A stretch of 40,000 nt of DNA from IMG/VR virus record IMGVR_UViG_3300025687_000013; one strand, given 5' to 3'. Positions 1-6,004 of the stretch are shown here, piece by piece (position 1 is the first letter of the stretch; each line of letters opens with the position of its first letter). The notes beneath the pieces were generated by a model. That model was given only the letters and a program-made list of their open reading frames with translations, did no database searches and was not told where the DNA came from. The translations under genes were made by a program, and so were the position numbers. This DNA is from a virus.

Positions 1-123
1 AATGTAGCCGCAGTTGTTTTGCCGCTCCTCTTCTTCCCTACTAATGCAATTAGTTCCATGGTCTCCCTTTCTTTGGCTCTTCTTCTTCGCCGAACTCAGC
101 GTCCTCAGTGGCTATCATTGGTA
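1..123. repeat. Terminal direct repeat, left copy (identical to 39878..40000); implies a 39,877-bp circular or circularly permuted unit
   Basis: Read by eye: bases 1-123 (aatgtagccgcagttgttttgcc...ggctatcattggta) recur exactly at 39878-40000. Both repeat boundaries fall inside coding sequence. Confidence 0.95.
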
Positions 124-223
124 GCGTAAACAATAGCTTACCCAGCTCATCTACCGTTGTGGCCTGATACGTGACCCTGATGTTCATTCCCTCGATTGAT
201 TGATATTTCAGTGTGATTTCCAT
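50..223 (-). CDS. small acidic hypothetical protein (57 aa), apparently translationally coupled between dnaB and the dNMP kinase gene
   Basis: Hand translation: the ATG at 223 follows the dnaB stop by 1 nt (TGAAATG). Product is MEITLKYQSIEGMNIRVTYQATTVDELGKLLFTLPMIATEDAEFGEEEEPKKGRPWN. Its stop overlaps the ATG (59, equivalent to 39936) of the next ORF (CCATGGAACTAA). It is below the 60-aa cutoff of the ORF track. Confidence 0.4.
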   Translation of the reverse strand: MEITLKYQSIEGMNIRVTYQATTVDELGKLLFTLPMIATEDAEFGEEEEPKKGRPWN

Positions 224-224
224 T

Positions 225-1592
225 TCAGAATGCTGGTTCAGATACAGTGACTTCCTTGTTCAGTGCCTCGAAGACACCGTTCCACTTGGTCCACTTCAGG
301 CCTACTTTGCCCTCTGGCCCAAACCTGCTCTTCCTGACAATCAGGTTGGTCAAGTCTGGGGCCTGCTCAATGTCTGGCTGATGAAGGAAGGCGACCATGT
401 CGGAGTCTTGCTCAATCGAACCAGACTCTCTCAGGTCTGCCAACCTGGGCTCACTGTCAGGGCCTCTGGTCTCTATCTGTCGGTTGAGCTGTGAGAGAAC
501 CAGGAACGGTCTCTGCGTCTCCATGGCTGCACATTTGAGCTGCCTGGAGATGTGCCCTACCTCGTTAACCCGGCTATCAAACCGTTTCCCGCTGTGAATG
601 AGCTGGATGTAGTCAACGATGAACAGGTCCACATTCTGCTCCTTGACCAGTCTCCTGGCCTGGGCCCTGATGGCTGACACTGTCAGGCCTACGTTGTCTT
701 CAATAGTGATAGGCAGGGCCATGGCCTTCTTAGTTGCCTCAACCATGACCTCGATGCCTCCAGGGACATCTCCGGTCTCCATGTATTGCCTTACATCTAG
801 CCCACTGCTGGCACTGATGATCTTCCCGGCAATCTGGTTGAATGGCATCTCAAATGACCAGTAGACGACCCTCTTACCCTGGAGGGCAGCCTGAACAGCC
901 AAGTAGATGGCAAAGGACGTCTTACCCCTTCCTGGGCGAGCTGCCAGGGTCACCAGCATGTTCTCCTCCATTCTGAACAGCCGGTCCACCGATGGCATAC
1001 CTGTTGGCACCCCTTTATTTGGTAAACCGTTTGGCCAGGCAGAGCCCATGGTGTCCAGGACCTCTGACCAACCCTCTTTCTGGCTACGCAGAGTTGAGGC
1101 ATTGGTTGTGACCTCGAAGAACTTCGACTCCATGTCCGACAGAATGTCAGGGGTGGGAACATCTGGGTCGTTCACTTTAGTGATACCGTCGTAGTAACGG
1201 AGGAAAACCCGCCTGCGAACTTCCATGTCCTTTAGCCTCGGAAGCCAGTAGCTAAAGTTGCTGTGAGTGGGTGCCCTATCTATAGCATCCATTAGCCACA
1301 TAGGGCCCTCACCAACCTCTCTGGCTACATTGACCTCATTGATCTCCAAAGATGCCTCAGAGAGGCTCTCAAGGGCCTTCCAGGCCTTTCTGGTGACCTC
1401 ATAATGGAACAGGTCTAAGGAGGCACCCGCATTGACTGCGTTCTCATAGGCACCCAGGACACAACAACCAATGAAAGCCTTCTCAGCTTTCTCGTCAGCG
1501 GGTATCTCCAGGGGGAGGGCCATCACTGACTGCTCTTTGATTTTCTTCTCAGCCAACCAGGTAGCCTTCTCGGTTTCAATGATGTCAGCCAT
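225..1592 (-). CDS. dnaB: replicative DNA helicase, DnaB family
   Basis: 455-aa ORF with Walker A ARPGRGKTSFA, Walker B-like LFIVDYIQLI and ISRQLKCAAMETQRPFLVLSQLNRQIE. These are hallmark DnaB-family motifs. Confidence 0.9.
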   Translation of the reverse strand: MADIIETEKATWLAEKKIKEQSVMALPLEIPADEKAEKAFIGCCVLGAYENAVNAGASLDLFHYEVTRKAWKALESLSEASLEINEVNVAREVGEGPMWLMDAIDRAPTHSNFSYWLPRLKDMEVRRRVFLRYYDGITKVNDPDVPTPDILSDMESKFFEVTTNASTLRSQKEGWSEVLDTMGSAWPNGLPNKGVPTGMPSVDRLFRMEENMLVTLAARPGRGKTSFAIYLAVQAALQGKRVVYWSFEMPFNQIAGKIISASSGLDVRQYMETGDVPGGIEVMVEATKKAMALPITIEDNVGLTVSAIRAQARRLVKEQNVDLFIVDYIQLIHSGKRFDSRVNEVGHISRQLKCAAMETQRPFLVLSQLNRQIETRGPDSEPRLADLRESGSIEQDSDMVAFLHQPDIEQAPDLTNLIVRKSRFGPEGKVGLKWTKWNGVFEALNKEVTVSEPAF

Positions 1593-2079
1593 TGCAGGCC
1601 TCCTTCCAACGACGCTCCTCCATAGTAGGGCCAGAACCCCTCATAGATTTGCCTGCTTGATAGATCAGAGAGTAGGCCTCTCCTATTCTATTAGTTCTAT
1701 TGATAAGTTCTTGATTAGTTCCTTGATTAGTTAGTGTCCCTCTAGTGCGACACTTCGTGTCCCTGAAATGAGACACTACGTGTCCCTCAGATGAGACATT
1801 AGGTGTCCCTGATTTGAGACACTTCCGTTGAATTGGTTTACCTGAATCGGTCACTTTGAGAGATCGTTTCCTACCCTTCCAGGACATGGTCACCCAGCCG
1901 TGAGAGACTAGGCTGTTGAGGTGGCGGTAGAAGCTGTCCTTGGACATGCCCAAGGTCTGGGCGATAGACCTCTTATTCTCCCAGCAGTCGCCCCTCATGG
2001 CAATGTAGCAATAAAGGGACACTTCCTGTGGGTTAAACTTCTGCTCAAAGAGCCAGGCTGGAATGAATGGGGTCTTCAT
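1585..2079 (-). CDS. replication initiator candidate (winged-helix, lambda O-like) containing the origin iterons
   Basis: The best start is ATG 2079, 6 nt after GGGAGGG. The N-terminal segment SIAQTLGMSKDSFYRHLNSLVSHGWV looks like HTH/winged helix. The 23-bp iteron array and an AT-rich tract lie inside its 3' half. The gene sits directly upstream of dnaB. Confidence 0.6.
   Translation of the reverse strand: MKTPFIPAWLFEQKFNPQEVSLYCYIAMRGDCWENKRSIAQTLGMSKDSFYRHLNSLVSHGWVTMSWKGRKRSLKVTDSGKPIQRKCLKSGTPNVSSEGHVVSHFRDTKCRTRGTLTNQGTNQELINRTNRIGEAYSLIYQAGKSMRGSGPTMEERRWKEACNG
1681..1733. other. AT-rich tract adjacent to iterons (candidate DNA unwinding element of ori)
   Basis: The sequence tcctattctattagttctattgataagttcttgattagttccttgattagtta is locally AT-rich. 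TTGATTAGTT is repeated at 1711 and 1723. Confidence 0.5.
1731..1838. repeat. Iteron array: four 23-bp-phased units, each with dyad GACACnnnGTGTC followed by CCT
   Basis: GTGTCCCT occurs at 1734, 1757, 1780 and 1803, an exact 23-bp period. G(A/C)GACA(C/T) occurs at 1747, 1770, 1793 and 1816. The units are gcgacacttcgtgtccctgaaat, gagacactacgtgtccctcagat, gagacattaggtgtccctgattt and a partial gagacacttccg. Confidence 0.8.
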
Positions 2080-2501
2080 TGTCTGCCCTCCCATGCTAGT
2101 GCGTAGAACTCTCGGTCGTAGTTCTCACTGTCATACCTGAGAGTTGGCTCGAACAGGTCCAGGAGAGAGCTTGTTGGAATGGAGCGCATTCTTTTCAGCT
2201 TCCTTGTAATGTAGGAGACTCGGTCCTTGACTGGGGGCATTTCAGCCTCGTCATAGATTCCGGCTATCTCCTCCATGCTGTAACCGTCACACCAATGATG
2301 GAAGACCATGCAGCACTCACCGGCATCAAACTTCCTCATGATACCGAGCCTGGTTAAGGACGATGCTGCCATAGCCTTGCCATGAACTTTACCGTGGCAA
2401 TCAGTGCAGAGAGGCACCGTTGTGGTTCCACCCATCGACTTAGGCACAACATGATGGTCATGCTCGGAGGGTTTCCCGCATTCAGCACAATCAGGCCTCA
2501 T
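2076..2501 (-). CDS. HNH endonuclease with C-terminal HTH-like segment
   Basis: CAECGKPSEHDHHVVPKSMGG...PLCTDCHGKVHG is an HNH/zinc-finger pattern. DGYSMEEIAGIY...ITRKLKRMR is HTH-like. ATG 2501 is preceded by GAGGAGGG. Confidence 0.75.
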   Translation of the reverse strand: MRPDCAECGKPSEHDHHVVPKSMGGTTTVPLCTDCHGKVHGKAMAASSLTRLGIMRKFDAGECCMVFHHWCDGYSMEEIAGIYDEAEMPPVKDRVSYITRKLKRMRSIPTSSLLDLFEPTLRYDSENYDREFYALAWEGRQ

Positions 2502-2706
2502 TGTTGCCCTCCTCGCAAAACTTAAGAGGCACGTATACACGCCACCGGTTGGTATCTACTGGCGTGAAGTAGACAACCCCATCGTCACCTAGCCCAAAAA
2601 GGCTGTAGAACCCTTGAGGGTCCAAGTCCTGTATGATCTGAATTATTTTAACCGGCTCTGGGAACTCAGCTTCGTGATCATTAGTAGAAATTTTTTTAGC
2701 ATTCAT
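2491..2706 (-). CDS. hypothetical protein
   Basis: 71-aa ORF co-directional in the early operon. Its start overlaps the upstream stop by 4 nt (ATGA). Confidence 0.5.
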   Translation of the reverse strand: MNAKKISTNDHEAEFPEPVKIIQIIQDLDPQGFYSLFGLGDDGVVYFTPVDTNRWRVYVPLKFCEEGNNEA

Positions 2707-3020
2707 TTTCGCAACACTTTCTTCTTAATGGTTTCAATTAACTCCTGCCCTGGTTTGCCGCAGGACCTGAGACCCTGGAGGAAGCTCTTCAGCTTTCCAG
2801 GGTCCCTTTCCCCGCCATCGATCATGGCTTTGACATAAGCGACGTAGCGGGGGGTCTCTGTTGGGTCATGGCTGACCGTGCAGGGGCATGTCTCTGGCAG
2901 CTTGGTGCCTGCTGGAGGGAACCAGACCTCTTTGACCTGGAACCTCCTGGCAAACTCCTGGAGGAACCCAGGGAGCTTGTGGTAGGCATTACGTGCCAGA
3001 ATTCGTTTCTCAAACTGCAT
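2703..3020 (-). CDS. hypothetical protein
   Basis: 105-aa ORF, co-directional and tightly packed against its neighbours. No motif recognised. Confidence 0.5.
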   Translation of the reverse strand: MQFEKRILARNAYHKLPGFLQEFARRFQVKEVWFPPAGTKLPETCPCTVSHDPTETPRYVAYVKAMIDGGERDPGKLKSFLQGLRSCGKPGQELIETIKKKVLRK

Positions 3021-3840
3021 TAAACAGGTTGAGGGTTAATGGTTCACTTGGGGTGTAACTCGGCCAGACATCTAGCTCCACACAGGAGGCGAGCTTTTTG
3101 TAAGCCTCGTCCAGCTCGACGTTGGCCATCTGCATGTCATGAGGTGAGAACCTGTAGACGGCAGCCGTGTAGGGTGCCTCAGTCTCAACCACTGCCCATA
3201 GCCAATCGGTGATTGGGTAGCCTGCCTTCTGGCAGATGCGCTGGTAGTTCGCCTGCTGCCAGTGGTATTTCAACCGCCTGGAGGTGTAGGTGAACTCCTT
3301 TGGACTGCTGCCGCCCTTCCTGGTCGTCTTAATGTCAACAACCCGGCGCTCTCTGCCTGCGCTGAGCAAGCAGTCGATTCGGCACTTCACATCGATACCC
3401 TTGACCAGGTTCTTTGCGAACACACTGACCTCGGTCTCACCTCCCTCGATGCTGTCACCAACCCAGGGCAAAGCCATCAGGTTGTCGTGCATCGATTGAA
3501 TAGCTATCAAGTCTTCCTCCTTGATAATGGTGATGTCTTTCTCGGCCTGCCGGGCCCACCATTCCTTGGAAGCTTTCTTCCTGCGGTCAGCGAACTCATC
3601 AGGGCAGACCGCAACCTCGGCATCCCACCGATCTCGCTCCAGTGCATACATGTGGTAGAGGCGGCCAGTCTTCATCGACTCAGTGTCGAAGCCTCTGACG
3701 TTCCCTGACATGTTCTGCTGGAACTCATACGGGTTGGAGATGCGCTTGAGGTCCGAGGTGGAAAGGGCTGAGTCCGCCCGGTAGACGGACTCAGCTACAC
3801 CGTTGAATAGGCCTTCTGCGAAATCAGAATGGAACTTCAT
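3010..3840 (-). CDS. PD-(D/E)xK exonuclease, RecE/exonuclease VIII-like (DUF3799-type pattern)
   Basis: KCRIDCLL...RVVDIKTTRK forms a D...(D/E)xK core, followed by YHWQQANY (a QxxxY motif). ATG 3840 is preceded by GAGGTGA. It sits next to the SSB-like gene, a typical recombination pair. Confidence 0.7.
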   Translation of the reverse strand: MKFHSDFAEGLFNGVAESVYRADSALSTSDLKRISNPYEFQQNMSGNVRGFDTESMKTGRLYHMYALERDRWDAEVAVCPDEFADRRKKASKEWWARQAEKDITIIKEEDLIAIQSMHDNLMALPWVGDSIEGGETEVSVFAKNLVKGIDVKCRIDCLLSAGRERRVVDIKTTRKGGSSPKEFTYTSRRLKYHWQQANYQRICQKAGYPITDWLWAVVETEAPYTAAVYRFSPHDMQMANVELDEAYKKLASCVELDVWPSYTPSEPLTLNLFNAV

Positions 3841-4441
3841 CAACAGTCACCTCGGTTGATTGTTTAGGGGTGTCAGTCACCTCGGACGCAGCCATGTCAT
3901 CAGAGGCCAGAATGTCCTCTTTTGCCCACGATGGGACCTTGTCCCAGTTCTTAGGGTGCTGGTCGATGGAGTAGGCCCAGGGCTCGTTGGCACTGTCGGG
4001 GCACTGCAAACCCTTTGGCAGGGCTGACAGACCAACGATGCGGTCGCTGGTGGTTCCATTGGCATTCTCCTTGTGCTGGACATTTGCCAGGCAAGGGACG
4101 CCAAGGACGTTCTGGAGATCGAATTTCATCAGCTCGTCAGCGGTGAATGCTCGACCTCTCCATGCCTGGAGGTCCTGGCGAAGCTTCGCCTTCTGACTCA
4201 AGCTAGCGGTGTAGGTCACGCTACGCCCCAAGGGCTGTGGTCCGTCCTCCTCCCTGAACACTGCGGTGTGGTCTGGAAACTCAAACGTGAACATCACTCG
4301 CTTGCGTTTCTTGACCTCCCCTTTCCACTCACTATCTGCGGTGCCCAGATCAATGATACTGATGCACCGTGCTACATGGTTGCCCTCTGGAACCAGAGTG
4401 CGTTTCTTGTTGGTTTCGGTTGTTCCTACTGTTAGTCCCAT
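3824..4441 (-). CDS. single-stranded DNA-binding / annealing-type protein candidate (gp2.5 / DUF669-like) with acidic C-terminal tail
   Basis: The C-terminus ...STEVTVDEVPF resembles the acidic DDIPF-type tails of SSBs. The N-terminus has a LVPEGNHVARCISIIDLG pattern. The likely start is ATG 4441 after AAAGGTAACAAA; the ORF-track start at 4489 is a GTG. Confidence 0.55.
   Translation of the reverse strand: MGLTVGTTETNKKRTLVPEGNHVARCISIIDLGTADSEWKGEVKKRKRVMFTFEFPDHTAVFREEDGPQPLGRSVTYTASLSQKAKLRQDLQAWRGRAFTADELMKFDLQNVLGVPCLANVQHKENANGTTSDRIVGLSALPKGLQCPDSANEPWAYSIDQHPKNWDKVPSWAKEDILASDDMAASEVTDTPKQSTEVTVDEVPF
3869..3881 (-). promoter_or_regulatory. 13-mer motif copy (GGTGACTGACACC on minus strand), exact
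   Basis: The plus strand reads GGTGTCAGTCACC. The site lies 28 nt upstream of the exonuclease ATG (3840), inside the 3' end of the SSB-like ORF. Confidence 0.6.
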
Positions 4442-4526
4442 TTTGTTACCTTTCTGTTTTGGTGTTGTTGTTTTCTGAGTGTGGGTCACTCGGTTTCTCG
4501 GTCACCTCGACCGAAAAAGTCACTTG

Positions 4527-4539
4527 GGTGTCAGTCACC
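4527..4539 (-). promoter_or_regulatory. 13-mer motif copy (minus-strand sense), exact
   Basis: The plus strand reads GGTGTCAGTCACC. The site is intergenic, immediately downstream of the RlpA-like gene stop (4540) and upstream of the SSB-like gene. Confidence 0.6.
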
Positions 4540-4941
4540 TCAGTTAAGAATTGAGTAGCTAACGTTGATCAAACCCGCCTCCTTCTCGGCAAGTTCCTCG
4601 AAGGCTGCCCTGGAGAGGTCCAGCTCTCTGCCCTCAATAAAGGGCCCTCTGTCGTTTACTCGAACGATGACCTTGTTGGGCCCTAGCTTGACTAGAAGCC
4701 TAGTTCCAAAGGGCAACGTCTTGTGTGCAGCCGTGTATTCATCGGGCGAGAATGTCTCCCCGTTTGCAGTCAACCTGCCCCGGTATTTTTCTCCATACCA
4801 TGAGGCCACACATTTCTTGGCTGGTGCTGCTGGTTGCAGGACATAGATGTCCTTACTGATTTTGATGACCGGCTTGGTCTCTGATTGTTTGCAGCCGGTA
4901 ATGGCTGCGATGATGAGCATTGTTGTGATTAGATGTTTCAT
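4540..4941 (-). CDS. RlpA-like lipoprotein (DPBB-domain lytic transglycosylase family)
   Basis: Signal peptide plus lipobox MKHLITTMLIIAAITGC. This is followed by ASWYGEKYRGRLTANGETFSPDEYTAAHKTLPFGTRLLV...VRVNDRGPFIEGRELDLSRAAF, the characteristic RlpA/DPBB pattern. Confidence 0.8.
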   Translation of the reverse strand: MKHLITTMLIIAAITGCKQSETKPVIKISKDIYVLQPAAPAKKCVASWYGEKYRGRLTANGETFSPDEYTAAHKTLPFGTRLLVKLGPNKVIVRVNDRGPFIEGRELDLSRAAFEELAEKEAGLINVSYSILN

Positions 4942-4945
4942 GCGG

Positions 4946-5314
4946 TTATTTCTTGATCTGGCGTTGTTGCAACAACTCCTCCAATTGCTTCAGATCACAG
5001 CACTGAAGGAGAGTGAGCAGGTCATCTGCTCTTAGCATTGTCACCCAGGGCCTGTTGTTGGACTTCCAGGTGACCACAGGTAGTTCGTAGGGCTTTGCCT
5101 CCCCTACAACCTGGGCGAGCCAATCTCGCACCAGGCATCTCTCAGCGTTCTTGACTTCCCACCTGACCGGCAGGGCACTGCAAGTCACATCAGGTGACTC
5201 ACAGCCTGTCTGGCTCTGGTGAAAGCCTGTCCTGGTTGATGCGTAGCCGAACTCGGCCAACTTCCGCACCCAGGCTCTCTCTCCCCTGGCTCCCTTTTGC
5301 TTGCTGTTGGTCAT
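4946..5314 (-). CDS. Holliday-junction-resolvase-like PD-(D/E)xK nuclease candidate
   Basis: KGARGERAWVRKLAEFGY...SPDVTC...WEVKN gives the E...D...EVK arrangement typical of Hjc-like / archaeal-type resolvase relatives found in phages. Confidence 0.5.
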   Translation of the reverse strand: MTNSKQKGARGERAWVRKLAEFGYASTRTGFHQSQTGCESPDVTCSALPVRWEVKNAERCLVRDWLAQVVGEAKPYELPVVTWKSNNRPWVTMLRADDLLTLLQCCDLKQLEELLQQRQIKK

Positions 5315-5553
5315 ACGACTTTGCAGCCATGCTCCTCTAGAACAGAGGGCTTGCTTCTGGTGATGCAGCAGTAGCCTGCCTTCTCGGCAACGTAGTTGGT
5401 CAGCATCGACTTCTCATTCATTCGTTGAGCGTCGAGCTGGCACCACACTAGGTGGCTTACGTGGCCGTATTGGGACGGCATCATTGCTGTTTTTGAATAC
5501 CAGTGGGTTACCTGTTTAGGTATCGGTTTCGGGGCTATAGGTGATAGACTCAT
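5311..5553 (-). CDS. hypothetical protein, first gene of the leftward operon
   Basis: 80-aa ORF with an ATGA overlap to the next gene. It lies immediately left of the divergent intergenic region. Confidence 0.45.
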   Translation of the reverse strand: MSLSPIAPKPIPKQVTHWYSKTAMMPSQYGHVSHLVWCQLDAQRMNEKSMLTNYVAEKAGYCCITRSKPSVLEEHGCKVV

Positions 5554-5595
5554 GTTTCCTTTCTATGGGTTTGATTACTGTTGGTTTTGGCTAGG

Positions 5596-5608
5596 GGTGA
5601 CTGACACC
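5596..5608 (+). promoter_or_regulatory. 13-mer motif copy (plus-strand sense), exact
   Basis: GGTGACTGACACC on the plus strand, in the 5554-5674 divergent intergenic region. It lies 66 nt upstream of the plus-strand ORF at 5675. Confidence 0.6.
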
Positions 5609-5647
5609 CGGTAGCTCAAAATGTTAATAACTTTCTGTGGCGTTAAG

Positions 5648-5660
5648 GGTGTCAGTCAGT
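5648..5660 (-). promoter_or_regulatory. 13-mer motif variant (11/13, minus-strand sense)
   Basis: The plus strand reads GGTGTCAGTCAgt. It is inverted relative to the 5596 copy, 39 nt away, in the same intergenic region. Confidence 0.45.
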
Positions 5661-5674
5661 AGAGTTAACTGCTT

Positions 5675-5878
5675 ATGGCTAACTCACGACACCCGGACAA
5701 ACGATGTATCTCTTGCTGGGTTGACAAGGACCTGTTCCTCGGCTGGCAGAAAGAGTGCGCTCACGTAGATCAAACTATGACTGAGCGAGTGACAGTCCTT
5801 CTGACTCAAGACTTCCAAGAACTAACTCGGTCAAGAGTTGCGAAGGCGAAACGTCGAGGTGCTGGCAAAGGGCGGTGA
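5675..5878 (+). CDS. small ribbon-helix-helix-like regulator candidate (possible repressor)
   Basis: 67 aa. KRCISCWVDKDLFLGWQKECAHVDQTMTERVTVLL fits a beta-strand/helix/turn/helix RHH pattern, with a basic tail. It is the first plus-strand ORF after the switch region. No clear SD. Its 3' end overlaps the convergent ORF 5775..5957. Confidence 0.35.
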   Translation: MANSRHPDKRCISCWVDKDLFLGWQKECAHVDQTMTERVTVLLTQDFQELTRSRVAKAKRRGAGKGR

Positions 5879-5957
5879 CGCCCTCGGCTACATCACTCGG
5901 CACGTTGAAAACGATAGGCTCTAACTTTTCCATCTGATTACGATTCAACTTTAACAC
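5775..5957 (-). CDS. small ribbon-helix-helix (CopG/Arc-like) protein candidate (regulator or excisionase-type)
   Basis: PIVFNVPSDVAEGVTALCQHLDVSPSQLLTELVLGSL is a textbook RHH pattern. The start is GTG 5957 or ATG 5933. It is divergent from int, with a palindrome between the two genes. Confidence 0.4.
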   Translation of the reverse strand: MLKLNRNQMEKLEPIVFNVPSDVAEGVTALCQHLDVSPSQLLTELVLGSLESEGLSLAQS

Positions 5958-5960
5958 ACA

Positions 5961-5983
5961 GGTAGGACAAATACTGTCCTACC
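5961..5983. promoter_or_regulatory. perfect 9-bp inverted repeat (GGTAGGACA-aatac-TGTCCTACC), candidate operator between the RHH gene and int
   Basis: Read directly: 5961-5969 is the reverse complement of 5975-5983. The element lies 4 nt from the GTG of the minus-strand RHH ORF and 22 nt upstream of the int start. Confidence 0.4.
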
Positions 5984-6004
5984 ACCCACATCCAGGAGGA
6001 ACAA

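Noticed and set aside
1-123. Genuine physical short direct terminal repeat, as in T7-like podoviruses.
   Set aside because: The repeat boundaries cut through coding sequence, and genes are translationally coupled across the junction. An assembly or window overlap of a circular or permuted genome is more likely. Only end-mapping of virion DNA can settle this.
1731-1838. CRISPR-like array, given the regularly spaced repeats.
   Set aside because: The 23-bp units are contiguous with no spacers. There are only four of them, they lie inside a coding region next to an AT-rich tract, and no cas genes are present. They fit replication iterons instead.
5193-5205. Additional degenerate matches to the 13-mer inside coding regions. 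Examples are GGTGACTCACAGC at 5193 (11/13) and GGTGACTGAGAAA at 27481 (10/13).
   Set aside because: By rough count, about one 11/13 match and several 10/13 matches are expected by chance in 80 kb of two-strand sequence. These sit mid-gene, unlike the exact copies.
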